Positions 1 to 10,179 of a DNA stretch of 64,000 nucleotides are shown here, one piece after another. Each line of letters opens with the position of its first letter. Positions within the stretch are counted from its first letter, which is position 1. This stretch comes from an uncultured Spirochaetota bacterium. Lineage in GTDB: Bacteria; Spirochaetota; Brevinematia; Brevinematales; JAOACQ01. Made by a program: the position numbers and the translations under genes. Under the pieces are notes generated by a model. That model made no database searches. It saw only the letters and a list, made by a program, of their open reading frames with translations, and was not told the DNA's origin. The stretch is from NCBI GenBank assembly GCA_963768055.1, contig CAVYGN010000002.1, positions 1,024,001 to 1,088,000 on the forward strand, in the 5' to 3' direction.

Positions 1-1
1 C

Positions 2-979
2 CCTGCTGTTTTTACTATGTGGATCATTATGGAAATTGTGGCCATGGCGACCGATCTTGCCGAATTCGTCGGAGCTGCTGTCGGCTTCAACCTGCTTCTC
101 GGGATTCCCCTGGGCATGGCGGGCATACTGACGGCAGTAATTACATTTCTTATCCTTGCCCTGGAAACTTACGGATTCAGGCCGCTGGAGGCCGTAATTA
201 CCTCTCTTGTCGGGGTCATAGCGGTAAGTTATCTTGTGGAAACAATTTTAAGCCCGCCTGACTGGAGGTTGGTGGCTTATAATACATTAATTCCGCAGTT
301 TAAAGGCAAGGAGAGCATTGTCCTCGCGGTGGGAATTCTAGGTGCGACGGTAATGCCGCATGTGATCTTTTTACATTCCTCGCTGACCCAGGGAAGGATT
401 GTTACAAGGGACGCGGTCAAGCTTAAAAGGCTTTTCCATTTCGAACTGATCGACGTTGCTGTAGCTATGGGCATAGCAGGCCTGATAAACGCCGCCATGC
501 TTATCATGGCGGCATCGACCTTCTATAAAAACGGTTTAAACACCGTGGCTACAATTCAGGACGCATACAAGACCCTTATCCCTCTTCTCGGGCCGGCTGC
601 AGCTGTTATTTTCGCCATCTCCCTGCTCGCTTCCGGCATTTCTTCCTCTTCGGTGGGAACAATGGCGGGGCAGATAGTCATGCAGGGATTTATCAGGAAA
701 AAAATACCGGTCTGGATCAGGAGGATCATAACGGTAATTCCCTCCATGGTCGTTTTACTTGCGGGCCTGGATGCGACGAGGACGCTTGTTTACAGCCAGG
801 TCGCTCTCGGCATGGGGCTGCCTTTCGCGGTTATTCCGCTTATCTGGTTTACCGGCAGCAGGAAGATAATGGGAGGGCTTGTCAACCGTCTTTATACGAA
901 TATCATGGCCTATTCTGCCGCGCTTTTTATACTTGCTCTCAATGTTTATTTAATATATCAGACAATTTTCGGAGGATAA
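2..979 (+). CDS. mntH: Nramp-family divalent metal (Mn2+) transporter, 5' end outside window
   Basis: Motifs ATDLAEFVG, GILGATVMPH and SSSSVGTMAGQIVMQGF; the frame is open back to the window start. Confidence 0.9.
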   Translation, partial: PAVFTMWIIMEIVAMATDLAEFVGAAVGFNLLLGIPLGMAGILTAVITFLILALETYGFRPLEAVITSLVGVIAVSYLVETILSPPDWRLVAYNTLIPQFKGKESIVLAVGILGATVMPHVIFLHSSLTQGRIVTRDAVKLKRLFHFELIDVAVAMGIAGLINAAMLIMAASTFYKNGLNTVATIQDAYKTLIPLLGPAAAVIFAISLLASGISSSSVGTMAGQIVMQGFIRKKIPVWIRRIITVIPSMVVLLAGLDATRTLVYSQVALGMGLPFAVIPLIWFTGSRKIMGGLVNRLYTNIMAYSAALFILALNVYLIYQTIFGG

Positions 980-980
980 G

Positions 981-1883
981 ATGTACAATAGCATACTTAT
1001 ACCGCTGGACGGTTCTTCATATTCCGAAGCGGCTGTACCGTTTTCAATTTTCCTGGCCGGGAAGCTTGATGCCAGGGTCACACTACTGCATGTTATCGAA
1101 AAAAGCCCGCCGAAAAGCGTGCATGGGGAGCATCACCTTGCCGGCTACGAAGAAGCCTCCGCTTACCTGGAAAATTTAAAGAAAAAGTTTTACCAGTCCG
1201 GTATAAAAGTTGATTATCATATACACGCAGGAGATGAAATAAGCGTCGACAGGGCCATAGCTATGCATAATGAAGAGATCTCAGCCGATATCATTTTAAT
1301 GACAACACATGGATGGGGGGGGCTTAAAGAAATATTTTTCGGCAATATCGCCCAGCAGATCTTAAACATCGGTACAATGCCGGTCCTTTTCATCCCCCCT
1401 GTTTTTAAAGCCCTTCCCCAGGGAGCAAAATGGCCCCTTAAGATACTGCTGCCCCTCGACGGTACCAGCGTTCATGAAAAAGGCCACGAAGCGGCCGCGG
1501 CAATAGCGAAATCATGCGGATCTGAATTATATCTAGCGTTTGTAATTCCGACATTAAACACCCTTCCGGCGGAACAGACCGCGGTAGGAGTATTGCTGCC
1601 TGGCGCTACCAGGGAAGTCCTCGAAATACAGGAAAATGATGCACAAGATTATTTACAAAAGAAAAAAGAAGAATTCCAGGCCAAGGGTCTCACAGTAAAA
1701 ACAGAGATCTGCCGGGGCGATCCGGCCCTGGGCATCAACAGGATAGCAAATGAATACGATATCGACCTGATAGTGCTCGGAACACATGGCAGGGCGGGAT
1801 TATCGGCATTCTGGGCCGGCAGCATAGGCGCAAGGATCACTAACAGGGCGAGGGCGGCGATATTGTTTGTGCCGATAAATTAG
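981..1883 (+). CDS. Universal stress protein with two USP domains
   Basis: ILIPLDGS...MTTHG and ILLPLDGT...LGTHGRAG...GS motifs; directly follows mntH. Confidence 0.9.
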   Translation: MYNSILIPLDGSSYSEAAVPFSIFLAGKLDARVTLLHVIEKSPPKSVHGEHHLAGYEEASAYLENLKKKFYQSGIKVDYHIHAGDEISVDRAIAMHNEEISADIILMTTHGWGGLKEIFFGNIAQQILNIGTMPVLFIPPVFKALPQGAKWPLKILLPLDGTSVHEKGHEAAAAIAKSCGSELYLAFVIPTLNTLPAEQTAVGVLLPGATREVLEIQENDAQDYLQKKKEEFQAKGLTVKTEICRGDPALGINRIANEYDIDLIVLGTHGRAGLSAFWAGSIGARITNRARAAILFVPIN

Positions 1884-1976
1884 GGATCACACAAAGACGC
1901 CAAGGACTTATACTGTAAAGACGTAGTTGGGATAAACTGTCCGCTAAGTCATGCGAAGGGTGATACGGGGGAAATT

Positions 1977-2003
1977 TTCACAGGGAGAAACGGAGAAGTG
2001 GAG
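1977..2003 (+). repeat. Left inverted repeat of an AT-rich cassette (pairs with 7066-7092)
   Basis: TTCACAGGGAGAAACGGAGAAGTGGAG matches the reverse complement of 7066-7092 at 25/27 positions. Confidence 0.8.
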
Positions 2004-2816
2004 AAAAACCTTTTTATGCAATGTTTTCACATGTGTAAATTTTCTAAAATAATCCTCTCTTATTTTCATGAATTTTGACAATAAATATTTAATTCTTTAA
2101 CATTACGCCATAATATTTTGTAGGGTTTTACTTTATCAAAATTGTCTTTATTGAGTACAGGAGTATTAAGTACCAGGTGAAATATTTATCTATTCTTTTT
2201 ATTGATATTTAAATTTTGTGCGGCATATTATAAGGAATATTTTTTAGCTATAATCTGCTGAACAATACTTTCGAGGTAAATATGAAACTAGTTTATTATT
2301 TCATTTCCTTATTCTTTATATTAATTCCAATTACATATGCATATGAACTTACATGTTAACAATACAAACTATACAAATAATTTACAACTTTGTGTAGGTT
2401 TTGAATATATGCATGGTTATGCACTTTATGAAATCGAATTTAATAACCCTATTGTAACAACGCCAAGAAGTGAATTAAAATATCCGGTAAACTTATTTTT
2501 ATTGACTGCTTCTCTTTCCTGGAATTTAAGTGATGAAACAAAACTTCAAATTATCTTAAAGGGTAGTATATCCACAAACACTGGAATATTTGAAGACTAT
2601 GATTGGGGTATTTATTATTATGATTTTCAGGAATCCTGGGCAAGTCCCACCTCTCTTGATTGTTATTCAACAGCTGAAACAACATTGGGATTTTATTCAA
2701 TCGAAGGTTCATTAATTGTCGAGGACCGGGTAGATTCCCCAGTGGCAGGGGCATGAGATTCCCCACCTTTTCCTGAAAAATACCGTTCTTGATTTTAGAG
2801 AGAAATCATAAAACTT

Positions 2817-3563
2817 TCAAATAGTTTTCCCTTCCTTCCGGAAAGATTTTCCATCTTTGGATTTTACCAGGATTTTAATTGAGCCTGAAACAAGGCGGTC
2901 AAGCATAGCCCCTCCAATCACAGGATCAGGGAAGATTGCCAGCCAGTCCTCCGGAGGCCGGTTGCTTGTCAGAATAATGGACCTGTTTCCAAGCCTTTCA
3001 TCGACAATCCGGTATAGGTATTCCGTTTCTTCATTGTCGAGTTTTTTAAATCCGAAATCGTCTATTATCAGGAGGTCTGTTTTAATACACTTTCTGAATA
3101 GAGTATTCTTAAACATAAGCTTTTCGCTTTTCAAGTCTTCAAGAAGAACCGCGGCTTTCTTGAAAAGAACTGTGTTTCCTCTTCTGCAGGCCTCATGGCC
3201 GACTGATTTTGCAATGCATGTTTTACCTATGCCGGGAGGCCCGGCGATGACAACAAACTGTCTCATATCCATGAAACGGCAGGACGCGATTTCACGAATA
3301 AGCCTTGAAGGGATAGCGCTCTCATTGAAATTAAAATCAAACCCCTCGAAAGTGTTTTCCTGGCCGAACTTCGCTTCTCTCAGCCTCTTTTTGAGCATGT
3401 TATTATCCCTCTGGCATAATTCATCCTGAACTAACAAAGAGAAAAATTCTCCATAGTCCAGGTTTGATTCTTGAGCCTCCCTGATCCGCATAGGAAGGTT
3501 GAATAGCATCCCAGGAAGCTTTAACCTCCTTAAGTTTGCCTCAAGCTGATTCTGATGTTCCAT
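2817..3563 (-). CDS. istB: IS21 helper AAA+ ATPase IstB
   Basis: LRRLKLPGM N-terminus, Walker A GPPGIGKT, Walker B LLIIDDFG, TSNR and LDRL motifs. Confidence 0.95.
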   Translation of the reverse strand: MEHQNQLEANLRRLKLPGMLFNLPMRIREAQESNLDYGEFFSLLVQDELCQRDNNMLKKRLREAKFGQENTFEGFDFNFNESAIPSRLIREIASCRFMDMRQFVVIAGPPGIGKTCIAKSVGHEACRRGNTVLFKKAAVLLEDLKSEKLMFKNTLFRKCIKTDLLIIDDFGFKKLDNEETEYLYRIVDERLGNRSIILTSNRPPEDWLAIFPDPVIGGAMLDRLVSGSIKILVKSKDGKSFRKEGKTI

Positions 3564-3581
3564 ATTTCCTCCTCATTATCT

Positions 3582-5123
3582 CTATTGAAAGTAATAGCTG
3601 CCGTCCCTGGTCATTTCAGACCCTTCTTCTGAAATTTCAAACAGGGTGTCCTGTTTATCCTTTCCTTCATTTTCCATCCAGCTTTTGAATAGTTTGGGAT
3701 CGGTTATTTTTGCCGATATTGCTCTTTCACAGACTTTATTAAAGTATTCTTCTTTCGAGAATGTTTCCATTACACTTAAGAACCCCAGGGCCCTCCGGCA
3801 ATTCAGATTAGCATGAACAGCAAGGATTTGAAAGATCAACTGGTATGCGGCTTCTCCGTATTTCCTCGACTGGTCTAATAAATACTTGGGGTATCCCCCG
3901 GATAGCATCTCCCTTGTATTCTCCGGAAAATCAGTCTTTTCATATGCTGCATGTCCTCTTGGTACGACAAATTCCCGGATAAGTTTGTACTGGAAGAAGA
4001 TCTTCACTAAATTGCCGGTTCTCCTGACAAAGACTTCCTCTCCACGATACCTGGGAGGCAGGGAATACCTCTTTTTCTCGAACTGGACAAATTGGTCCGG
4101 GTGTACCTTGGCCTTTTTCCATACGGGAGTCTTAAACCTTTCTTCAGGAAGCTTCTTAAGCAGGGGCTTCTCTATCGTTTCAAATACCTCTATTGGTTTC
4201 AAACCTGTTGTTCCATGGTTCCTCATCCCGTATTCATACCTGCACCATTCCAGAGCTTTGATGTTTAATTCCTTTAACGAGGCTCCGGGATTAAGGGCTT
4301 TAAGTTTTCTGAAAAGCTCTCTGGCAACAGGGACCATTCTCTCTATCTTGGCTTTATCCTTTGGTTTCCTTACCCTGCAAGGATCAAGAAAAGTATTGTA
4401 ATACTCCGCATAATCAGCATATGCCTGATTATATTTAGGATCGTAAAGGTCCGGTGATATGATGCCGGTTTTCAGATTGTCCAGGGATATTCTTACAGGC
4501 ACACCGCCGTAAAACTCCAGCATATCCACATTGCTTTCAACGAATGATTCCTGGTTTTGTGAATAGACATATTGAACAAATGGCAGCCTTGAACTCGACA
4601 TTATTCCGATAAAAGACTGCACGATCTTGTTGTGCCCCAGGTATTCCATTGTGCCGGCCCTGCCGTAGTCAAGCTGGATCTCCTGACCAGGGTTAGTTTC
4701 AATCCGGATGGTTTCCTTTAATTCTTTAGCTGTAAGGCCGCTCTTTATCGAGAATCTCTTGAAACTTGTATAGCTTATGTCCAGATTATGCCTTATACAG
4801 ACAACTTCAAAGGCTGTCTTGGGTTTCATTCCGTTTTTCGGGTCATTTATGAGCCCGTACAGCTCATCTTTATATCGTTCAAGTATGCTTGCCTTATTTT
4901 CATTTTTTGGAGGCCCTACAAAGGGGCGTTTCAGATGGAATTCTTCCCGGCTTATTGTTTCTCCCGCCTTTTCAAAGCCGTAATCGATAATTTTTTGAAT
5001 CGCTAGTCGGACTGTTTTCCTATCCCTGTTTTCCTGTTCGGAAATTTCACTTATGCTTTGATCGGCTTTCCATCGTCTGTAAATGTCATAGTAATCCTGT
5101 TCGTTCATAAATCTGTACCCCAT
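3582..5123 (-). CDS. istA: IS21 DDE transposase IstA
   Basis: PGQEIQLDYG, GGVP...DNLKT, PCRVRKPKDKAKIER, HGTTG and YSLP motifs. Confidence 0.95.
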   Translation of the reverse strand: MGYRFMNEQDYYDIYRRWKADQSISEISEQENRDRKTVRLAIQKIIDYGFEKAGETISREEFHLKRPFVGPPKNENKASILERYKDELYGLINDPKNGMKPKTAFEVVCIRHNLDISYTSFKRFSIKSGLTAKELKETIRIETNPGQEIQLDYGRAGTMEYLGHNKIVQSFIGIMSSSRLPFVQYVYSQNQESFVESNVDMLEFYGGVPVRISLDNLKTGIISPDLYDPKYNQAYADYAEYYNTFLDPCRVRKPKDKAKIERMVPVARELFRKLKALNPGASLKELNIKALEWCRYEYGMRNHGTTGLKPIEVFETIEKPLLKKLPEERFKTPVWKKAKVHPDQFVQFEKKRYSLPPRYRGEEVFVRRTGNLVKIFFQYKLIREFVVPRGHAAYEKTDFPENTREMLSGGYPKYLLDQSRKYGEAAYQLIFQILAVHANLNCRRALGFLSVMETFSKEEYFNKVCERAISAKITDPKLFKSWMENEGKDKQDTLFEISEEGSEMTRDGSYYFQ

Positions 5124-5908
5124 CCATTCCCCTCCGGTTTTTTCCGGAGAGTATGTTTGATTTTTTAGATTCTGAACAGGAAAAGGTGGGTGGGGAATCT
5201 CATGGCCCTATTTTGCCTTTTTACTGGGGAATCTGGGTGGCCCCGGACACATTAATCAACAAATTTGCTTCCTGGAACGATTTTGAATTCTCAAGAAGCC
5301 TTGGATTGATATGTCAATATTACAACTATAATGTTTATAATGACAATGAATCATTTCCTTCAAAGGGAATATATGGTTCAAATGCAATAAATCTTGTCCC
5401 GAATTATGACTTTTCCAGCGGTTTAGGTCTTACTTACCTTCTACAGGAATATATGCCTTATGCGTCATTTATTATCGATTACAATTCACTAAATTTTAAA
5501 ATTAATAGCCTGTTGGGGATTTCACCGGTTTTTTGTTTCGGAACTGACACTCATTATATTAATAATCAAAATGGTGTACCGCAATTGGAAGTTTTCATGC
5601 CGAGTTTTGGGTTAGGTATAATTTCAAGGCTTAGCATCTCGTATTACTTTAGCAGTAATTTTTTTATTAAGCTCAATTTAGAATCTATATATGTATTAAG
5701 CTATGGTTATGATTTTAATAATCAGAATAGCTCCAACATCGAATCTACCAGTCAGGAAAGCCTGCAATTTAATGCGGGAATAAATATAGGAGTCGTATTT
5801 TAATATTTCCAAAACAATTTTGAAACGGTTTTTATTAACTACGATAAATTTCCTAGAATAGTATAAAACGATAAAAATAATTATATAAATAAATTCAATA
5901 TATTTCCT

Positions 5909-6814
5909 CTATAATTCAAAATAGTCATTATCTATTTTTTTAATTTCATACGAATTTACCAATGCAGTGCCAATATTATGTTCAATCATTAATTTACTCA
6001 TTTCCATACCATCGATTAATATTATATTTGCGTCAATTTTTAACACATATTCTTTTGCATCTTTTGTAAAACCTGATGTTGTTATAAAAATTCCTTTTTT
6101 AGCTTTTTTACCTAACAAAGCCCCGGCGAATTTTTGTATTTCAGGCCGTCCAACTACATTATCCCATTTTTTAGCTTGTACATATATTACATCTAAACCC
6201 AATTTATCTTCTTTAATTACACCATCAATTCCTTCATCTCCACTTTTTCCTACTACTTGGCCTGCTTCTTTTAAAGAACCTCCATAACCCATTTTTACTA
6301 ATAAATCCACAACAATTAACTCGAATTTTTTTGAAGTAACGTTCATTAATTTTTCAACCAGTTCTTGTGATAAAGAATTTTTAATTTTTTCATAAGCATA
6401 TTCAATTGATTCTTCCGGGGTTATTGAATCAATGAAATTTGAATCTTCGTAAATTTCTTCTTTATCATTTTTTGAATTTTGAAACTCGTTAAATTCATCA
6501 AACTTTTTTAGATAATCACTATCAATAATTTTAGGATTTTCTTTTAAAACAATTAATCCTCTTTTTGATATTTTAAAAATTGATCTTCCGACCTTTTCAA
6601 GTAATCCCGCTTTAGTTAAATAAGTTTTTGCCCACCCAATTCTATTGTGAAAAGTTGATTGCGTCCCGGAAGGTAGCATTTCGTTTAAATCTTCTTCTGA
6701 TAGTTTAAAATTTATTGATAAATGTTGTCTTACTTCGTTTAAATCATGTTCCTTATTATCAGAAGCAAATTGTAATATAGGAAGCATAAATTCAAAATAT
6801 TTTGGAACAGACAT
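5909..6814 (-). CDS. mrr: Mrr-family type IV restriction endonuclease
   Basis: Mrr N-terminal domain (NRIGWAKTYL); catalytic GDEGIDG...YVQAKKW; FITTS. Confidence 0.93.
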   Translation of the reverse strand: MSVPKYFEFMLPILQFASDNKEHDLNEVRQHLSINFKLSEEDLNEMLPSGTQSTFHNRIGWAKTYLTKAGLLEKVGRSIFKISKRGLIVLKENPKIIDSDYLKKFDEFNEFQNSKNDKEEIYEDSNFIDSITPEESIEYAYEKIKNSLSQELVEKLMNVTSKKFELIVVDLLVKMGYGGSLKEAGQVVGKSGDEGIDGVIKEDKLGLDVIYVQAKKWDNVVGRPEIQKFAGALLGKKAKKGIFITTSGFTKDAKEYVLKIDANIILIDGMEMSKLMIEHNIGTALVNSYEIKKIDNDYFEL

Positions 6815-7065
6815 AAAAATTATCCATATTTTTATTGCAGTTATATTATCATTATAATGATAACAATAATATTATGTAAATATTTTTGAATTTAAAAATT
6901 GAAAATTACGAAGCTGTTTATTAAAGATTATTCCTCAACGTCCTTTGCACCCTCTGCGTTCTCTAACTTTGCGTTCTTCGCGACTTTGCGGTAAACCCCA
7001 TAAAACTAAAAATAATTACGAAAAGCTGCAAAAGAATTATCAAAGAAGAGATTATTCAATCTCTG

Positions 7066-7092
7066 CTCCGCTTCTCCGTGTCTCCCTGTGAA
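7066..7092 (-). repeat. Right inverted repeat of the cassette (pairs with 1977-2003)
   Basis: CTCCGCTTCTCCGTGTCTCCCTGTGAA. Confidence 0.8.
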
Positions 7093-7140
7093 TTTATCCC
7101 TGAAATGTAGTGAGTTATTTATTTAACTATATTGAATTAC

Positions 7141-7635
7141 CTATAATAATTTCTGATAATAGACATTGTCTAAAATTCTTTCGAACTTATGCACCATATT
7201 TTTAAAATAACCGCATTTTATATATGAACTCTTTTCAAACAATTTTATACTTGCTTCATTTTCCGAACATATTCCCGCAATTATAGTTTTTATTCCTTTC
7301 TGTTTGGCTATTTTTTCGAGATATGAAACGGCGGATGTTCCTATCCCCATGTTCGTGTATCCGCTTTTTATGTATATTGTAATTTCATAAGTATATCTAT
7401 AACCGTCTTTTACGCTATAAGGCCTCAGTAGGCAGAATCCGCAAAAAGCCGATTTATAATAAATGCAATAAGCGTATGTTATTGAACTTTCAATATTAAA
7501 ATATGAAATAATTTCCTGTGTTGAAAGGGGTTTAATAAAAGCTATCGCGGTAGAATTTTTGATATAGTAATTGAAAACATCCGAGATATCGTTGTAGTCG
7601 ATCTTTCCCGATTTTTTAAAGGTAATATTATTCAT
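7141..7635 (-). CDS. GNAT-family N-acetyltransferase (phosphinothricin acetyltransferase-like)
   Basis: YRYTYEITIY, GIG acetyl-CoA loop, NEASIKLFEK. Confidence 0.8.
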   Translation of the reverse strand: MNNITFKKSGKIDYNDISDVFNYYIKNSTAIAFIKPLSTQEIISYFNIESSITYAYCIYYKSAFCGFCLLRPYSVKDGYRYTYEITIYIKSGYTNMGIGTSAVSYLEKIAKQKGIKTIIAGICSENEASIKLFEKSSYIKCGYFKNMVHKFERILDNVYYQKLL

Positions 7636-7717
7636 GATCTATACAAACTTAAATTTTCCGAATTGATATCAATCTTTTCATAAAAATCCATAAATACCTC
7701 TTAAGGCAAAAAATCTA

Positions 7718-8356
7718 TTATCTGATAAATATAAAAAGAATAAATCCGGTGACAGCCAGTGAGAAGATTCCAATCAAAATAGATTGAAATTTATTTGTTT
7801 TTAGCGAAGCATATGCTCCAATAGGGAAAAGTATGATGTACCAGGCCAGAGCAATGAACTGATAAATATCGGCGAAAACCCTCCAGAAGCCCGGCCTTGC
7901 TATTATTCCGAGCCATTCTTTTTGTGTTAACAGACCGGTCGCAAACAGAATACTGCCGATTGTTTCCGGAATCCAGGTTAATAGACAGGGAAGCGCGAAA
8001 GCAAAACCCATAACGGCGAGAGTCGAATCAAAAGACCCCTGTCCTATAAAAACTTTGCCGGTTAAATAAATTAATGAAGAAGCAAAAATCCAGCCCATTG
8101 CAAATATCGGCAGTGCAAAAAATATTTCCCAGAAATAATATTTTTCCGCCGGGATATTGATCCAGGCCGGTGTTATTATCTTTGCATTTGATGCGGCCAG
8201 CATTATAACCGTGATGGTGTAAAGAAAGCCGATAATAAGTATAATACAAGCCCCGTATCTCAGGCTGTTTTTGTCTTTTACCAGTTGGTCGAATGTTTTA
8301 TGAGGACGCAGGATTGATCTGAACATGTATTTCAGAAATTTCTTCATGCTTTCCAC
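7718..8356 (-). CDS. Yip1-family membrane protein
   Basis: ILRPHKTF N-terminal motif and about 5 hydrophobic helices. Confidence 0.65.
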   Translation of the reverse strand: MESMKKFLKYMFRSILRPHKTFDQLVKDKNSLRYGACIILIIGFLYTITVIMLAASNAKIITPAWINIPAEKYYFWEIFFALPIFAMGWIFASSLIYLTGKVFIGQGSFDSTLAVMGFAFALPCLLTWIPETIGSILFATGLLTQKEWLGIIARPGFWRVFADIYQFIALAWYIILFPIGAYASLKTNKFQSILIGIFSLAVTGFILFIFIR

Positions 8357-8530
8357 CTTGATTACTAAACTTAATTATTAATTTCAATCAAGTTTTTCCA
8401 AACGACTTCATTATTGCCGCTTTCAATGGTCTATTCATTCATATAACAATTTAAAATCATCACTTACAAATATATTTTCTTCGTGCCGTCCTATTAAATA
8501 AAATTCCTTATTCATAATTATATTATGTTT

Positions 8531-8580
8531 CACAGATAAATCCAATTTTATAATCAGTGCAATCAGTGCGATCTGTAGTT
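8531..8580. repeat. Orphan right-end copy of the CACAGAT triple-repeat family
   Basis: CACAGATAAATCCAA...ATAATCAGTGCAATCAGTGCGATCTGTAGTT aligns with 62629-62678 and 38290-38336. Confidence 0.65.
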
Positions 8581-8616
8581 TCAATTTGTTTATTCCCCCC
8601 CGGTTGCTTCGATTTA

Positions 8617-9276
8617 TTAATCTTCCTCGTCGATAAGCACGACCCTGTTGGGCACGCCTTTTTTAACCTCGGGATAATTTTCCAGCAGCAGTCGTCCGTC
8701 GGATTTCCTGAAATAGAAATCGAAATGGAAAAAACTTCCGATGAGGCCGGTCAATGCCACTTTCACTTTCACGGATTCCACCTTGGACCCGCCCAGATCG
8801 ATGGTTTCTTCTTTTTTCTTGACGGCTTTAAATTCTGCAATCTGATTCAAATTATTCGGGTTTACTGACCAGAATGTTTTTTCCTTAGTGTCTGACATTA
8901 TGTAGCTTTCCAGGCCGATTTCCCACTGTTCTATCCAGGGATCGCTGTTTATCGAGATTGTTTTGTCAATTGGTTCCCCCTTGAATATGCCTTTTATTTT
9001 AATCGTATTTCCTACTCGGACGCTTTCGAGATCGATCTTTTTGCCGGGGTTTGAATATTTCCATTTTAAGGTGCTGAAATCCGGATTCAAAATAAAATCA
9101 TTGTTTCCGGTAAGATCCGAAATTCCCGTTAAATGATAACCGTTTTCTATAGAGCTCATAACCAGCACATGGTACAGATCATTTGAAATGGTGTTTTGCC
9201 TGTACTTAAGCGTTAAACTGTAAACCGGGACACATATAAAAATAAAAATAATTATAATACTTAATCGGAAATCCAT
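8617..9276 (-). CDS. Hypothetical secreted protein
   Basis: 219-aa ORF with signal peptide and GAGGAG RBS. Confidence 0.7.
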   Translation of the reverse strand: MDFRLSIIIIFIFICVPVYSLTLKYRQNTISNDLYHVLVMSSIENGYHLTGISDLTGNNDFILNPDFSTLKWKYSNPGKKIDLESVRVGNTIKIKGIFKGEPIDKTISINSDPWIEQWEIGLESYIMSDTKEKTFWSVNPNNLNQIAEFKAVKKKEETIDLGGSKVESVKVKVALTGLIGSFFHFDFYFRKSDGRLLLENYPEVKKGVPNRVVLIDEED

Positions 9277-9417
9277 AAACTCCTCTGCTTTTTTAAAAAA
9301 ACATGCAATTTAATAAAAATATTTTCTTACTAAAAATTTTTATTTTACCATTAGTATTAATATAATAATGGAAAGTAAAATAACAAAAAGAATTTCTCTT
9401 TTATTTAGAGGCATAAG

Positions 9418-9786
9418 ATGAATACAGAAATATTCCGCGATCCGGCAACACATGAACCCTTGAAATATGAGCCGGGTAAAGGATTCATAAACCCTGCGAC
9501 AGGGATAAAATATCCTGAAAAGAATGGAATTGTCCGTTTTATCGATGATGGCGAACTTACCGGAAACAATAAAAAGTACGCGAAACTTTATGACAGGCTG
9601 GCTTTTCTATATGACTTACCGGTGAAATTATATGCAGTCATCCGTAACGGCGGTTTAAAGAAGCGGCGGGAAGAATTCCTGAGGGAAATCGAGATCAAAC
9701 CTGGGGGCCTTGTCCTGGAAACATCCGATCAGGAAATCGCTATCTTAAATAATGCCCGGCCAGGCCGATCAACGCTCCGAGGATAA
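9418..9786 (+). pseudogene. Truncated class I SAM methyltransferase with Trm112-like N-terminus
   Basis: RDPATHEPL...YPEKNGIVRF and YDRLAFLYD; the sequence breaks at VLETS before the glycine-rich motif I and runs into the antisense gene. Confidence 0.6.
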
Positions 9787-10057
9787 TAGACATTAAAGAG
9801 ATTATAAAGGCCGATTTATTAGCTTTAGACGATACTATTATGATAGTCGGAAGAACCAGGGCCAGGGAAATTAGACTTCCCTGCAGCCACCAGACAACTC
9901 CGGGCAGGTTTATATTTACAATGATGATCGATATGAAAAAGTATTGAAGAAAAGCGGCTATAATTGCGCGTTTATCCATCTTCTGGAGGACCATCGGTAA
10001 AATATCGATAACTCCGGCGACTACTCCGATTAACATCGATAAAAATAAAATTCTCAT
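9740..10057 (-). CDS. Small membrane protein with 4 predicted TM helices
   Basis: 105-aa hydrophobic ORF with AGGAG RBS. Confidence 0.7.
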   Translation of the reverse strand: MRILFLSMLIGVVAGVIDILPMVLQKMDKRAIIAAFLQYFFISIIIVNINLPGVVWWLQGSLISLALVLPTIIIVSSKANKSAFIISLMSIILGALIGLAGHYLR

Positions 10058-10179
10058 ATATTCTCCTTATATTATATTTCTTTTTCCATAAAACAGCATG
10101 CTTGTTTAAAATCCCTATAGAGACCTTTTTTCCCCCCAGATCGCCGATAAAGCGAGAGGTTTCATCCGTTATTTATCCT

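Larger units (their letters stand above)
2717..5249 (-). mobile_element. IS21-family insertion sequence, 2533 bp
   Basis: TGTC...GACA ends; AGATTCCCCAGT and CATGAGATTCCCCACC repeated at both ends; 7-bp target duplication CATTAAT at 2710-2716 and 5250-5256; carries istA and istB. Confidence 0.95.
2282..5803 (+). pseudogene. Omptin-like outer-membrane beta-barrel gene, split by IS21 and frameshifted near the 5' end
   Basis: Removing the IS and one target copy joins ...EGSL to INKFASW... in frame. Motifs SELKYP, EDYDW and DTHY and a C-terminal Phe resemble omptins. The signal-peptide ORF at 2282 is out of frame by 1 nt. Confidence 0.65.

Noticed and set aside
2857..5006. Plus-strand ORFs within IS21
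   Set aside because: Antisense shadows of istA and istB
5153..5256. Start of the 216-aa ORF at 5153
   Set aside because: Its first 30 or so codons are IS21 terminal sequence; the rest is the 3' half of the interrupted gene
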